From: a virus
Lineage: Duplodnaviria > Caudoviricetes
Virus record (IMG/VR): IMGVR_UViG_3300023252_000080
Coordinates: 1 to 31,584 of that record
Strand: one strand, 5' to 3'
Length of the DNA stretch: 31,584 nt
Positions 18,273-27,997 of this stretch are shown piece by piece. The notes under the pieces are model-generated. The model had not been told where the DNA came from. It saw nothing but the letters and a program-made list of their open reading frames with translations, and ran no database searches. A program made the translations under genes and the position numbers. Each line of letters begins with the position of its first letter. Within the stretch, counting starts at the first letter, position 1.

Positions 18273-18295
18273 AAAAAAACCGCCATGTGGCGGTG
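18273..18295 (-). terminator. Intrinsic terminator upstream of tail tube gene
   Basis: ACCGCCACATGGCGG-T7 on the minus strand. Confidence 0.7.
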
Positions 18296-18307
18296 GATGT
18301 TGAGGGC

Positions 18308-18715
18308 TCAGTAGGCCCGGTATGGGATCGACACGTTGACCTGGTACCAGCCATGGCCGTCATCGCCAATCGTCGCAGCCGATGCCGCGTGGCAATCGAA
18401 TGGCCAGGTCGGGTCGCTGTAGAACTCAAAGTGCTGCACCAGGGTGTCGGCGGCCTTGGTGATGGCCAGGGTGCCCTTGTAGCTGGGGACGAACAGCTGA
18501 ATCATGATGATGCCGGTTCGTCGCACGCAGGGTGCGATGCCGGTCTCTGGCGCGCTGGATAGCCCGGGCACGTCCGCCAGCCTGGCCCAGATGGGTTTGC
18601 CGGCCGGGTTGAACGGCCCTTTCGGATTGTTCGGATAATCGACAGCGTCAGCAGGAATCCCCGCCCACTGCGTCATGCGGCCAGTGACGATGGCCCGGAT
18701 CTGTTCGAAGGTCAT
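18308..18715 (-). CDS. Tail terminator-like protein
   Basis: Position before tail tube. IQLFVP...G and GWYQVNVSIPY motifs. Confidence 0.75.
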   Translation of the reverse strand: MTFEQIRAIVTGRMTQWAGIPADAVDYPNNPKGPFNPAGKPIWARLADVPGLSSAPETGIAPCVRRTGIIMIQLFVPSYKGTLAITKAADTLVQHFEFYSDPTWPFDCHAASAATIGDDGHGWYQVNVSIPYRAY

Positions 18716-19101
18716 GTCCTGTAGGCCTCGGCAACTCCGTTGAACGACACCGCGTAGATGCCGGCGGGCGCTTGCTGGGAGTGGCCATCCTCAAGCGGCA
18801 CCGCGTATGGAAGGTTGTTCTGGATGAAAACCTGCGTATACGGCTCCAGGCCGGTCGTGACCCTGAGTCCCTGCTGAATGGTCTCTGAACCGGTCGGGTC
18901 AACATTCTCGCTGCTGGTGTACACGGGCGCGCCCACGCTAACGATGTTGTTTCCCCGGAACCTTCCGGTATCGACGGGCGACCGCAGAACGATCTCGTTG
19001 AGCATGGCCAGGGCAATGACGCGCACGCGCTGCGTCAGGGCCTCTTCGACCAGGCCGGTGAACAGGCTCGGCGGTGTGCTCCATCCCCTGCTCTTGGCCA
19101 T
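18712..19101 (-). CDS. HK97 gp10-like neck protein
   Basis: SPVDTGRFR and NNLPYA..LE.GHS.QAP.G motifs. Confidence 0.85.
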   Translation of the reverse strand: MAKSRGWSTPPSLFTGLVEEALTQRVRVIALAMLNEIVLRSPVDTGRFRGNNIVSVGAPVYTSSENVDPTGSETIQQGLRVTTGLEPYTQVFIQNNLPYAVPLEDGHSQQAPAGIYAVSFNGVAEAYRT

Positions 19102-19103
19102 GG

Positions 19104-19487
19104 CTACTTCCTCAGCTGCAGTCGGTGGGTGGCCGATGCCGGGTCGGAGCGTACCGATTTGACCAGGTAGACCACCTGCTTGTACCGGTCCATCAGGTCA
19201 GGCGCGGTGATCGTATGCCCGACATCGGGGGTATCCGTGACCTCGTTGGCCAGCGCGGTGAGGCGCAGGTCGCCCACCAGGATGTTCACGTTGTCGATCC
19301 GGCTGTCTTCGTAGCGCGACAGCACGCCACGCCCGGTGTAGGTCACCGGCTGAGAGGTGGTGGTTTCGTTGACCGGATCCCATACGCCCGGCCCCATGTA
19401 CTCGCCCGTGAAGGCAAGCACGGCGTCGGCCAGGTCCGTATTGAAGGCCTCGGCTAGGTCGGCCTGCAGTTCATCGCGAAGTCCCAT
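19104..19487 (-). CDS. Head closure / head-tail joining protein
   Basis: Position in the neck module, size and C-terminal DPA...LQLR. Confidence 0.7.
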   Translation of the reverse strand: MGLRDELQADLAEAFNTDLADAVLAFTGEYMGPGVWDPVNETTTSQPVTYTGRGVLSRYEDSRIDNVNILVGDLRLTALANEVTDTPDVGHTITAPDLMDRYKQVVYLVKSVRSDPASATHRLQLRK

Positions 19488-19488
19488 A

Positions 19489-19860
19489 TCAGCCCCTCAC
19501 GATCTTGGTCTGGCCGCTGCCGCTCATGTAATGCGCCAACAAGGCCAGAGCGAAGGACTCGCCGGCGCTGATCGCACGGGAGGATTCGGAGTAGGTTTTG
19601 CTGCTGGAAACCCCGTCAGCGTTGACCGACTTGCTCAGCACGCCGGTCTCCTTGCTGCCGTAGATGTTCCCTGCCGCAGCCTCTCGGGCAATCTCGGCGC
19701 CGGCCTGAATCACGTCATCCGGCACCGGATCAAACTCAGGCAGGCCGAGATTGGTGAGCCAGGTGTTGGCCATCAGCACCGCCCTGCCCTTCTGGTCGTC
19801 GGGCGCCCAGGTCGGCCCAAGCAGGGCATCTACCTGCTCGACGGTGATGTAGATGGTCAT
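19489..19860 (-). CDS. Head-tail adaptor protein
   Basis: N-terminal YITVEQVD pattern; first neck gene after capsid accessory. Confidence 0.7.
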   Translation of the reverse strand: MTIYITVEQVDALLGPTWAPDDQKGRAVLMANTWLTNLGLPEFDPVPDDVIQAGAEIAREAAAGNIYGSKETGVLSKSVNADGVSSSKTYSESSRAISAGESFALALLAHYMSGSGQTKIVRG

Positions 19861-20156
19861 TACGCGGCCTCGTCCAGCAGCTTCTTGAGGTCTTCCAGGC
19901 TGGCGTCAGGGCTGAATTGCACGCCCTTCTCGCTAAGGGCGGCCTGCAGCTTTGCTTTCAGCTCGGCTTCTTCGGCTGCCTTCTTCTCGGCGGCGGACTT
20001 GCCAGCCTTCGCGCCTTTGGCTTCCTTCAGCGGCTCCGGGTGTTCGTAGCCATCGGGCGCGAAGCGCGCATCAATGATTTTGTACCCCTTCTGCCGCAGT
20101 TCGGCTTTTCGCTCAGGGCTGACCGGGTGTTTCTCGTAAATCACTTTCTCGCTCAT
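19860..20156 (-). CDS. Capsid-adjacent hypothetical protein with short C-terminal helical (HeH/LEM-like) motif
   Basis: YEKHPVSPERKAEL...KIIDARF N-terminus and LQAALSEKGVQF...LKKLL. GGAG RBS. Confidence 0.65.
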   Translation of the reverse strand: MSEKVIYEKHPVSPERKAELRQKGYKIIDARFAPDGYEHPEPLKEAKGAKAGKSAAEKKAAEEAELKAKLQAALSEKGVQFSPDASLEDLKKLLDEAA

Positions 20157-20197
20157 GGCGATCTCCTGGGAAGGCGCCCCGGAGGGCGCGGTACCGG

Positions 20198-21166
20198 TTA
20201 CTTGGTGGCGTCACCAATGGTCAGCACGCCGGCCGAGGCCTTGATGCTGTTCGCCACCAGGTCCCAGTTGGTGCCGGTGGACAGCTCGGCGTTGGTCGGC
20301 GACTTGCCGCCGTTGGCGGTGTCCCAGGTGTAGCCTTTGAGGCCCAGGCCGAAGGTGTAGTCGGCCTGCATGGTGGTCTCGATACGCTCCTTGCCGTTGG
20401 AGGTCTCGATGTTGGTGATCAGGTCGGAACCATCCATCACCACCGCAGCGCCGTCAGCCAGGCTGAGCACCTTCTGCTTGTTCGGGGTGCCGGCCTCGTA
20501 CAGCGCCGGGGCGTCGGTGATGATCACGGCCTTGCCGAGGATGTCGACCACCTGCACACCGGAGAACTGGAACAGGCGCTCGGCGTTGGCGAGGTTCTGG
20601 CCGACCAACTTGTGGTACATGGCACCGGTCATGACCTGGGCCACCAGGCGCTGGGAGGCGTCGCCAAACAGGGCGTGGGCGTTGTTGATCGCGACGTAGG
20701 TCACACCAGCGGTCGCCGAAACGTCGTTGGTGGCGGTCGGCTGATTGCCGATGGCACCGGCCAGGGCCGAGATGGCGGTGTTCAGCTGGTCCGCCATGAT
20801 GGCTTCGGACAGGTTGCGGCTGATCACTTCCAGCGCTTCTTCCGGGTTTTTCTGGATCCAGGAGAGTTGGGAAGGCTCCCACAGGATCGGGCCGAAGCCA
20901 CCGGCAATCTTCACCGAGTCGTACTGCTTCTGGGCCAGCGGGGTGGACGCCTGGGCGCCGTTGGCAGCGTAGCGGTCGACACGACGCTGAGCGCCGTGCA
21001 GGCCGGCCCAGAACGATTCCTGCAGGAAGTCGCCGTCGATGCCCTGAGTGGTCAGGCGGATGGCACCTGCCGAGGATGCGTTGAATTTCTCGACATCCTG
21101 AGCCAGGGTCTCGATGGTGGTGCGCTTGAGGTATTCGTTGAATACCTTCATGTTCGAAAGGGCCAT
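20198..21166 (-). CDS. Major capsid protein
   Basis: 322 aa after the scaffold gene with a strong AAGGAGG RBS and capsid-like composition. Confidence 0.85.
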   Translation of the reverse strand: MALSNMKVFNEYLKRTTIETLAQDVEKFNASSAGAIRLTTQGIDGDFLQESFWAGLHGAQRRVDRYAANGAQASTPLAQKQYDSVKIAGGFGPILWEPSQLSWIQKNPEEALEVISRNLSEAIMADQLNTAISALAGAIGNQPTATNDVSATAGVTYVAINNAHALFGDASQRLVAQVMTGAMYHKLVGQNLANAERLFQFSGVQVVDILGKAVIITDAPALYEAGTPNKQKVLSLADGAAVVMDGSDLITNIETSNGKERIETTMQADYTFGLGLKGYTWDTANGGKSPTNAELSTGTNWDLVANSIKASAGVLTIGDATK

Positions 21167-21175
21167 TGGGCCTCC

Positions 21176-21922
21176 TTATTCGCTTGCGGTCAGGCCCTTG
21201 ATGGCTTCCAGGCGTTCAGCCTTGGTGCCACCGAAGTTGCCCTTCGTGGTTTTGTGCTGACCACCACCGTTCGGCGCGCCGCCGCCATTGGCGCCGGAGC
21301 TCTTCAGAATGTGGTCGCGATGGGGGTACTGCGAGACGAGGGTTTCGAGCGCTTCGTTGAAGTCGGCCAGTTCACCCGGGCGGGAGCGACTGAAGACCTT
21401 CTGGCCCTGGGCGTCATAAGCGACGACCTTGCCTTCCTCGATCTTGAAGTTGCTGCCGAAGGTGGCTTGGACCATGTCCGCCGGCACAGCCATCTTCTCG
21501 GCGATGAACTGGGAGCGCGCGAAGCTGCCGCCGATCTTCTCGGCATACAGCTGCTGCTCGAAGGTCTGCGCCTTGCCGTTGGCTTCGTCCAGCTGAGTTT
21601 GGAAGGCCTTGCTGATTTCGCCCTTCACCTTCTCGATCTCGCCGGCATCCACCAGCTTCTTGGCGTCGAGGTTGGCGACGATCTCCAGGGCTTTGCGGGC
21701 AGCCGCGGCGTCTTGGATACCCTCGAAGGCCTTGGCGGTCTTCTCGAAGCCATCGGCGCGCTCACGGTGCGACTTCGCCTCGGCATTCAGCCGGGTGATG
21801 GTGTTGCGAGTGCCAACGGCATCGAAGGCGACCTCTTTGCCATCGTCCTCGACGTAGACAGGCTTGCCATCCTCGATTACGGCGTACTGCTTGCCATCCA
21901 CTTCAACGGTCTTGAGTTTCAT
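21176..21922 (-). CDS. Capsid scaffolding protein (DUF6651-like)
   Basis: MKLK...DGKPVYV start, coiled coil and Gly-rich C-terminus directly before the capsid gene. Confidence 0.8.
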   Translation of the reverse strand: MKLKTVEVDGKQYAVIEDGKPVYVEDDGKEVAFDAVGTRNTITRLNAEAKSHRERADGFEKTAKAFEGIQDAAAARKALEIVANLDAKKLVDAGEIEKVKGEISKAFQTQLDEANGKAQTFEQQLYAEKIGGSFARSQFIAEKMAVPADMVQATFGSNFKIEEGKVVAYDAQGQKVFSRSRPGELADFNEALETLVSQYPHRDHILKSSGANGGGAPNGGGQHKTTKGNFGGTKAERLEAIKGLTASE

Positions 21923-22000
21923 GTCGTCTCTCTGGGCCATCCGGCCAGTTGATGAGCCATCCGGCCCCAGTTGCGCCCCGTCCATCCGAACCGCAGGCAT

Positions 22001-22026
22001 AAAAAAACCCCGGCATGCGGGGTTTG
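22001..22026. terminator. Intrinsic (possibly bidirectional) terminator after head-region moron
   Basis: A7-CCCCG GCATG CGGGG-TTT. Confidence 0.75.
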
Positions 22027-22040
22027 GTTTTACAATCCCT

Positions 22041-22616
22041 TCAGCTAGGGAAATAAGTTAAGTCAAGAGGGATCTGAGTTCCGCCTAGAGTCGTTTCGAT
22101 AAACAGCATCATATCCGCACGTTGAATCGGGGCCATGTCATTGATTTCAGCCTTTCTGACAAGGCCCTTGAGTTCAGGGGTAAATCGGAAATCGATTTTA
22201 TCTCCGAACTCCAGACGAACAGGCAGAGCGCTTGAATCGATTAAATAATTATCAAAGGCCCAGATTTTTGGCTCCCTTCTGCTTCCGAGATAGATCCCAG
22301 TAATACGGACTGGAAGACGCCCTTTAGAGGTGACCTCTAGCCCCATAGCCGACGTCCCTTGGCCAATGTTCAAAATGCCGTACGTTAGAGCCTCCAACTG
22401 CTCCTTTTGACTATGCATGTCCTCTATCCGCACCTTCAATGCCAAGACAACCGCTGCTAACGTACCAATTCCAGCAACCCAATCGGCTGCACTCCCCCAA
22501 TCCGGGACAAATTTCACTGTCGCCTGGGGATTGAGATTGATCCCTGCAGTCAGGCCTGCCAACGCAGCCAAAACACATAGAATTAGAACCCCTGCGATCC
22601 CTGCCGAAACCTTCAT
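22041..22616 (-). CDS. Moron: membrane-anchored hypothetical protein
   Basis: AT-richer than flanks. Two N-terminal hydrophobic segments (incl. WGSAADWVAGIGTLAAVVLAL). Interrupts the head operon. Confidence 0.7.
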   Translation of the reverse strand: MKVSAGIAGVLILCVLAALAGLTAGINLNPQATVKFVPDWGSAADWVAGIGTLAAVVLALKVRIEDMHSQKEQLEALTYGILNIGQGTSAMGLEVTSKGRLPVRITGIYLGSRREPKIWAFDNYLIDSSALPVRLEFGDKIDFRFTPELKGLVRKAEINDMAPIQRADMMLFIETTLGGTQIPLDLTYFPS

Positions 22617-22655
22617 GGCTACCTTCCTGACCCGAAAAAATGCCGAATTATATGG

Positions 22656-23735
22656 CTAAGAGATTCGTGCATGCAGCTCTTCCAAAGTCAGGAGTTTGCC
22701 TTTGTCGTTGTAGAAGGCGCTGAGCTTCAGTCCGCCCTGTCGCATGAGCCGGCCACGCTCCGGTCCAAGGATCTCGTCCTGCCGCGCTGCCGACTGCTTG
22801 CTGAGCCATTCGGCATAGGTGGTCTGCTGCGGCACCTGGCCATCCATGCTCGCTCGGGTCGCCGTGTCGCTGATCCCCAGTGCCAAGGCACTCTTGAGGA
22901 TCGGCAGCTTGGTCGATCGGCAGCAGAAGTGGATGCGGCCCGGGCCGGCCAGCCACGGCACCTTGTGCCCGATGGGCTGGTATGTGCCCAGCGTGTACGG
23001 CAGGCGATCACGGATTCGGCAGGTCGTAGATGTGCGGTTGTCCAGCGTACTCAGCCATTCAACATGGCTGATGATGTCGCTGTTGGCCTCGAACGCCTTG
23101 TCGCTGGCCGTTTCTGCCGTGCTGGACACCGCTGAGCGGACAACCGCCTCCACCTCCCGGCGAGACCTCTGCAGGATGCCGTCAGCGTACTTCTCCGCCT
23201 TGGTGCCCATGATCTGCCGGACGGTTTCCGGCGTCGTGCGACCTTCGAGAACCCCGGATCGAACCGCATCGCGGATCGACGCCGCCCGATCAGCCTCGAT
23301 GCCGGCCATCCACTCGCTTAGCAAGCGGCCCTGAAATGGCCTCGCCAGCGCAATAGCGCGCACCTGGCTGAACTGAGCCACGGCAACCGGGAATCGCGCC
23401 TGCACAAGCTCAGGAACAGCCGCTGTAAGCGCGCCAGCCTGAAAAGCAATCTCGTATCTGGCCACGCCATCGATCACGCCTGTGAGCGCCTGCTGCAGGC
23501 TAAAGAACGTCGATTGATTGACCCGCAGCACTGGCGCAAGGGCAGCATCAATCGCCGCAACGGACGCGCCGGCATCCAGGCTGTCGATGGCAGCAATGAG
23601 CGCTGCCCTCAGCTCAGGGTCAGAACTGTTCAGGATTCTGATGATCGCCACGACCTGGCTGTTGCTCAGCCTGGACAGGTCAACCTCATGGCCGATTAGC
23701 TCGTCCAGCAGCTTCTCGTTGGCGGTCTTCATCAC
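22656..23735 (-). CDS. Head morphogenesis / minor capsid protein (SPP1 gp7 / Mu gpF family)
   Basis: WLSTLDNRTS..CR.RD and HFCCRS motifs. Follows the portal gene. Confidence 0.85.
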   Translation of the reverse strand: MMKTANEKLLDELIGHEVDLSRLSNSQVVAIIRILNSSDPELRAALIAAIDSLDAGASVAAIDAALAPVLRVNQSTFFSLQQALTGVIDGVARYEIAFQAGALTAAVPELVQARFPVAVAQFSQVRAIALARPFQGRLLSEWMAGIEADRAASIRDAVRSGVLEGRTTPETVRQIMGTKAEKYADGILQRSRREVEAVVRSAVSSTAETASDKAFEANSDIISHVEWLSTLDNRTSTTCRIRDRLPYTLGTYQPIGHKVPWLAGPGRIHFCCRSTKLPILKSALALGISDTATRASMDGQVPQQTTYAEWLSKQSAARQDEILGPERGRLMRQGGLKLSAFYNDKGKLLTLEELHARIS

Positions 23736-25111
23736 AGCGTACCGAGTGCCGGGCCCTGGGCCTCAATCTTCGCCAGTTCCTCTTCCCAGTCGTATTCGTC
23801 GCTGATCACGCCGCGCCGCTGCATCTCGGTGAATAGCGTCTCCTTGCTGATCATCCCGGCATTGGCCATGGACACCAGCGTCGGCAGAGACACCTCAGGC
23901 ATATAGTCCACGTCGAAGTTGCCGCGCATCTCGACCGTGCCGCCATCGCCAAGGCCGCGATAATCGGCCATGTACTGGAGCAGCTGCGCCAGGCAGTCGG
24001 CGAAGTGGTGCGCCATGCGCGCCAGCGGGGACAGTTCCTGTGCCGCCTCCTCTTCCGCCTGTGTGGCGGTCTTGGTGGCCGTCTTGTCCGGTGCAAGCAG
24101 CTTGGCCCCGGCTATGCGCATCTCGTTGATCAGGTCCTGCAGCGCGGTACGGCCCGACTCGACGGCCTGCCCGGTGTGCTCGACGTACTTGAGGTCGCCG
24201 TCCTTCGGTAGGTCGGTCAGCTGGCCGGTGCCCACCTTGAACTCTGGCGGGACCACCCTCCCCTGATTGTCGTACTGGGTCTGGATGCCGATGCGTACCA
24301 GGATCGGGACGCGGATAACGTGGAGGATGTTGTCTTGGTCGCTCTGGCTCTGCCAGTGCTTCACGTTCAGGTGCGCCAGCTCGATCAGCGGCGGCTTGGC
24401 CGTCATGAAGCCGGTTCGGCCGGTGTAGAAGGTCACCCAAGGGATAGCGGTCAAGCTGCTGGTGCCCTCATCGTAAAGCTCCCAGGTGCCGCCCTTGGTA
24501 CCTGACCGGTAAGTACGCCAGACGCCAGGCTCAAGGACACGGATCTGCTCGACGCACTTGGCGCCAAACTCGCCATCCTCCTCCTCGACCAACTCGATGT
24601 AGCGGATCATGGTCAGGACGCCGCCCTTGGAGCGCCAGCCCAGCACTTGCTCGGGCCTCACCATCACCACGTAGGGACGCACGCCGGCGGCCTGCTCGTC
24701 GGCCTGGGTCTTGAGCTCAGTTGCGGGAGGGTGATCCACGAAGGCATGGCACAGGCCGTGGCTCAGGCCCTCGGTGAAGAACCCCACCGCCCAGGAATTT
24801 AGGTCGTTGCCGGCATCGTCGATGTCCTTGGTCATCTCGACGATGACTTCGGGCACATCGTCGCCCACCTGCAGCGGCTCAGCGAACACCCGGGAAGTCA
24901 TGTTGCCGACTGTTTCGGAGTACGCAGGCAGCAGGGTCGAGAGACGCAGGCGCTCCTTGTAGGCCTCGTCGTCTTCGGCTGGGTACTGCGGCAGCAGGGA
25001 CTTGCCTGCGGCGCGCATCTCCATCGTCCCGCCCATGAGCGGCGAGATCACGGCCCAGTAGGCGCGCATCGCGTCGACAGCGGGCAGCGTGATGCTCGGG
25101 TTATCGCTCAT
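23732..25111 (-). CDS. Portal protein (DUF4055-like)
   Basis: About 460 aa directly after TerL. YKERL and PPLIELAHLN..H motifs. Confidence 0.85.
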   Translation of the reverse strand: MSDNPSITLPAVDAMRAYWAVISPLMGGTMEMRAAGKSLLPQYPAEDDEAYKERLRLSTLLPAYSETVGNMTSRVFAEPLQVGDDVPEVIVEMTKDIDDAGNDLNSWAVGFFTEGLSHGLCHAFVDHPPATELKTQADEQAAGVRPYVVMVRPEQVLGWRSKGGVLTMIRYIELVEEEDGEFGAKCVEQIRVLEPGVWRTYRSGTKGGTWELYDEGTSSLTAIPWVTFYTGRTGFMTAKPPLIELAHLNVKHWQSQSDQDNILHVIRVPILVRIGIQTQYDNQGRVVPPEFKVGTGQLTDLPKDGDLKYVEHTGQAVESGRTALQDLINEMRIAGAKLLAPDKTATKTATQAEEEAAQELSPLARMAHHFADCLAQLLQYMADYRGLGDGGTVEMRGNFDVDYMPEVSLPTLVSMANAGMISKETLFTEMQRRGVISDEYDWEEELAKIEAQGPALGTL

Positions 25112-25113
25112 AG

Positions 25114-26412
25114 TCACATTCTCAGGGATTGGGTCGTGAAGACCGGTCGTTCAATTGGGTAATCGTGGTGGATGAAGTAGCCGCCCGCGTCGTTCGCGTG
25201 GTCCACGCCGGATTTCTTGTCAGGCTCGCCATTGGGCGCCCACACCTGCTGTTCCAGGCCGTCCGCATAGGTTGGGCAACGCAGCGGGTTGATCAGGTAG
25301 CGCCGCTCGCCATTCGCATTGCAGAACATCGCGTTCATGGCGTTGATGCGATCTTTCACCGGCGGGTTGGTATCAGGAGCGATCACACTGAAGCCGGCCT
25401 GACGCAGGATGGCGATGTCCGTCTCGCTGGCATTCACCGACTTTCGCGACCCGCCCGAGGCGTCGGGATAGATCCTGATTTCGCAGGTCTTCTCGTAGTC
25501 CCGGCCGTTGTGCCGCCAGTAGCGCTCCTTGATACGCCGGATCATGTCCGGGGTATCGAAGCCGTCGATCAGCTCATCCACCGCCCTAGGCTTGCCGTCT
25601 GCGCGCTTGACGTGCGTGATAGCCGCCATCTTGCCGACGTTGAAGTCCATGCCGATGAACAGAGGTTCTCCATGCTCGACGGTGTCGAAGCAGGAGTTCA
25701 GCTTCCGGTCGTAGGCGTGGTAGATCGACCCGGCGTTGAGGTTGACGAACTGGCCGTTCAGGTAGGCCAGGATCAGCTGGGCTGGGTAGGACTCCATCAG
25801 CGAAGGGATGTAGTCAGGCGGCAGGTTAAGCTCGTTGTCGAACGTGCTGGCCTGCACCAGGCCATACATGCACTGCAGTGCAGGCTTCTCGCGCAGCTGC
25901 TTCACGAACTGCTGATAGACGAACTTGAAACCCTCAGGGGTCGTGGTCACATCCACGCCGTTCTTCAGCCCAGGAACGTTGTAGCGCATCCGGGCAATGA
26001 TCTTGCGCCAGGCATGCTCAGCCTTCAGCGCGGGCAGAACATCGAGCTCATCGACCAGGGCATGCCCGATCTTGAAGCCTACGATGGTCTGCGGCTTCTC
26101 CATCGAGCGGCAGATGGTCGTGCTGCGGTATTGGCCGCCGCTGTAGAACTCGACCTCCTTGTCGCTCTCCTTCGTCTTGACCTTCAGGCCCCAGTCGAAG
26201 GCGACCTCCTCGATCGTCGGGAAGAAGATGTCGCGGATCTGCGGGTAGGTTGGCGCGAAGTAGCCGGAGTCAATCCGAGGCCATTCCCATACGTGCTTGC
26301 AAAGTGCCGCGCAGCCCACCCAGGTCTTGCCGGAGCCGAACCCGGCTACGAAGCCGCGAAACTTGTTCTCCATGCGCAGGAAGCTGGCCTGGGGTACGTT
26401 AAGTGACGGCAT
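25114..26412 (-). CDS. terL: Terminase large subunit
   Basis: Walker A AGFGSGKT, Walker B ALVDE, TTPEG, and nuclease motifs GMDFN and DH..DA..Y. Confidence 0.95.
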   Translation of the reverse strand: MPSLNVPQASFLRMENKFRGFVAGFGSGKTWVGCAALCKHVWEWPRIDSGYFAPTYPQIRDIFFPTIEEVAFDWGLKVKTKESDKEVEFYSGGQYRSTTICRSMEKPQTIVGFKIGHALVDELDVLPALKAEHAWRKIIARMRYNVPGLKNGVDVTTTPEGFKFVYQQFVKQLREKPALQCMYGLVQASTFDNELNLPPDYIPSLMESYPAQLILAYLNGQFVNLNAGSIYHAYDRKLNSCFDTVEHGEPLFIGMDFNVGKMAAITHVKRADGKPRAVDELIDGFDTPDMIRRIKERYWRHNGRDYEKTCEIRIYPDASGGSRKSVNASETDIAILRQAGFSVIAPDTNPPVKDRINAMNAMFCNANGERRYLINPLRCPTYADGLEQQVWAPNGEPDKKSGVDHANDAGGYFIHHDYPIERPVFTTQSLRM

Positions 26413-26860
26413 CAGGCTTCCTCGCATCCACCACGTCGACCTGCACCCGGGTAGGAGGCACGTTGTCGTGGGGATTCTCGTTCTTGGTCTGGCGGTTCAC
26501 GTAGACATCGCCGACCTCTTTGGCCGCTTGCTCGAGCAACTGCGCAGTCAGGGCCATGTTCTTCATGGCCTCGGCCTTCTCAGCCATCCTTCCCAGCGCA
26601 CGAAGCCGGAATGCCCGGTTAGCGATAGGGATCTCGGATCTCTCTTCACGGAATCGCTTGCGCGTGTCTTCGAACAGGGTCCGCCAGCGCTTGGCCAGAT
26701 CTCGCCCCGCGCTCTTGGTCGGGTCATGCGATTCGCACTGCTGGCGGCTCACCTCGATGCCGAATTCTTCTCGGACAGAGGTCGCCACCTGTGCGGGGGT
26801 ATCGAAACAGGCCAGGGCCTGAACGATAAAGGCTTTCACCTCGTTGCTCAGGGCCGCCAT
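26399..26860 (-). CDS. terS: Terminase small subunit (DUF2280-like)
   Basis: MAAL..EVK.FIVQALACFDTP and IPIAN.A.RLR motifs. Overlaps the TerL start. Confidence 0.8.
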   Translation of the reverse strand: MAALSNEVKAFIVQALACFDTPAQVATSVREEFGIEVSRQQCESHDPTKSAGRDLAKRWRTLFEDTRKRFREERSEIPIANRAFRLRALGRMAEKAEAMKNMALTAQLLEQAAKEVGDVYVNRQTKNENPHDNVPPTRVQVDVVDARKPDAVT

Positions 26861-26891
26861 AGGTTCAATTCCGTCTTAGGTCTGTCAAAGG

Positions 26892-27500
26892 TCAGGCAGA
26901 CTTGAGCAGACAGGTTCCGCAGGCCCTCGAAATGTTGATCTTGGCCACCTCAGGCGGCCGGCTTGCAGCGTCTATCAGCTGCTGTACGTCGTCGCTGGCA
27001 CCGTAGCGCCGAACAACACCGACGAACTCTTCTACGTCGTGACCACGCAGGTAGAGCTTGGGCAGCCCTTCCTTGGTGAACTTGGGAGCGCCATGCTCAT
27101 CGGTCGCCTGGGCTATGTGGTACAGCTCGTGTTCGACCAGGGCGCAGAACTCAGCTTCGGTGCATTGGGCGCAGTAGTCGGCAGCCAGCGTAATGAGGTA
27201 GTCGGGCTCCTCACCGAACCATTCCCGCATCTGCTGCTCTTGCCGGGCCTTCTGCCATCCACCGGCGCGGAACATCAGTTGCTCAGCTTGGCCGAGAACT
27301 ACCCTTCCCTGCTTGGCGAACCCGGACGACGCCCAGAGCACGCCGATGTTTGCACCCATCAGGTGGGCATGCTCTGGGTTATGGATGCTGCCGGTGTCGG
27401 CGAGGATCTCGCTCTGCACCCAATCCCACACACCGGTGGCCGGCCGCAGCGTGATCCACAAGGATTCGAGCAGATCAGCCGGCGGCTTTGGTCTGCTCAT
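26892..27500 (-). CDS. Putative phage metallopeptidase
   Basis: LVEHELYH (HExxH) and HDVEEF..VV.RYG motifs. Confidence 0.8.
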   Translation of the reverse strand: MSRPKPPADLLESLWITLRPATGVWDWVQSEILADTGSIHNPEHAHLMGANIGVLWASSGFAKQGRVVLGQAEQLMFRAGGWQKARQEQQMREWFGEEPDYLITLAADYCAQCTEAEFCALVEHELYHIAQATDEHGAPKFTKEGLPKLYLRGHDVEEFVGVVRRYGASDDVQQLIDAASRPPEVAKINISRACGTCLLKSA

Positions 27501-27574
27501 GCTTCACCTAGCCCTTGAAATGATGGCTCTTTGCCGATATTGGTATTCACCCTTACTCGCTCGCAAGGTGAGCC

Positions 27575-27811
27575 ATGAAACTAGACGTGACTATTGAATA
27601 CGGCGCCAATGCTATCGACATCCCAACGATGCGCGGCATAAGCACTACCGAGTACGCCTCTTACATCGATGGTGATCTGTTCTGGGTCGACCATCACGAC
27701 ATCCTCCGGGCTGTGCTCGGTGAGTATCCGATTGCCACTACATCTGCCCAGGTCGAACAGTTGATCTCGTACCTGCAAGGCGTGGCACAGCGAATGCGTG
27801 CAGTAGAGTGA
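27575..27811 (+). CDS. Moron: small hypothetical protein
   Basis: AAGGTGAG RBS. Opposite strand to the late operon. Followed by hairpin GTGCCGCA/TGCGGCAC (27819-27840). Confidence 0.6.
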   Translation: MKLDVTIEYGANAIDIPTMRGISTTEYASYIDGDLFWVDHHDILRAVLGEYPIATTSAQVEQLISYLQGVAQRMRAVE

Positions 27812-27997
27812 GTCTCCCGTGCCGCACCCTCCTGCGGCACACCTACCCTTCCCCGCTATCCAGAAACACATCAATCAACTGCTGCTCCAGCGCCAGGGCC
27901 TGGGAGCTGCGTTATCATGCCGGCCCGCTACGCGACTTTGCGCATGCGGATCGCCTGCATGAGCAGGCGCAAGCTCAAATCAACAAGGATGGGTTCC

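Noticed and set aside
20612-21952. 446-aa plus-strand ORF
   Set aside because: Antisense shadow of the capsid and scaffold genes with no recognisable motifs.
25129-26406. 425-aa plus-strand ORF
   Set aside because: Antisense shadow of the terminase large subunit, typical of high-GC coding DNA.
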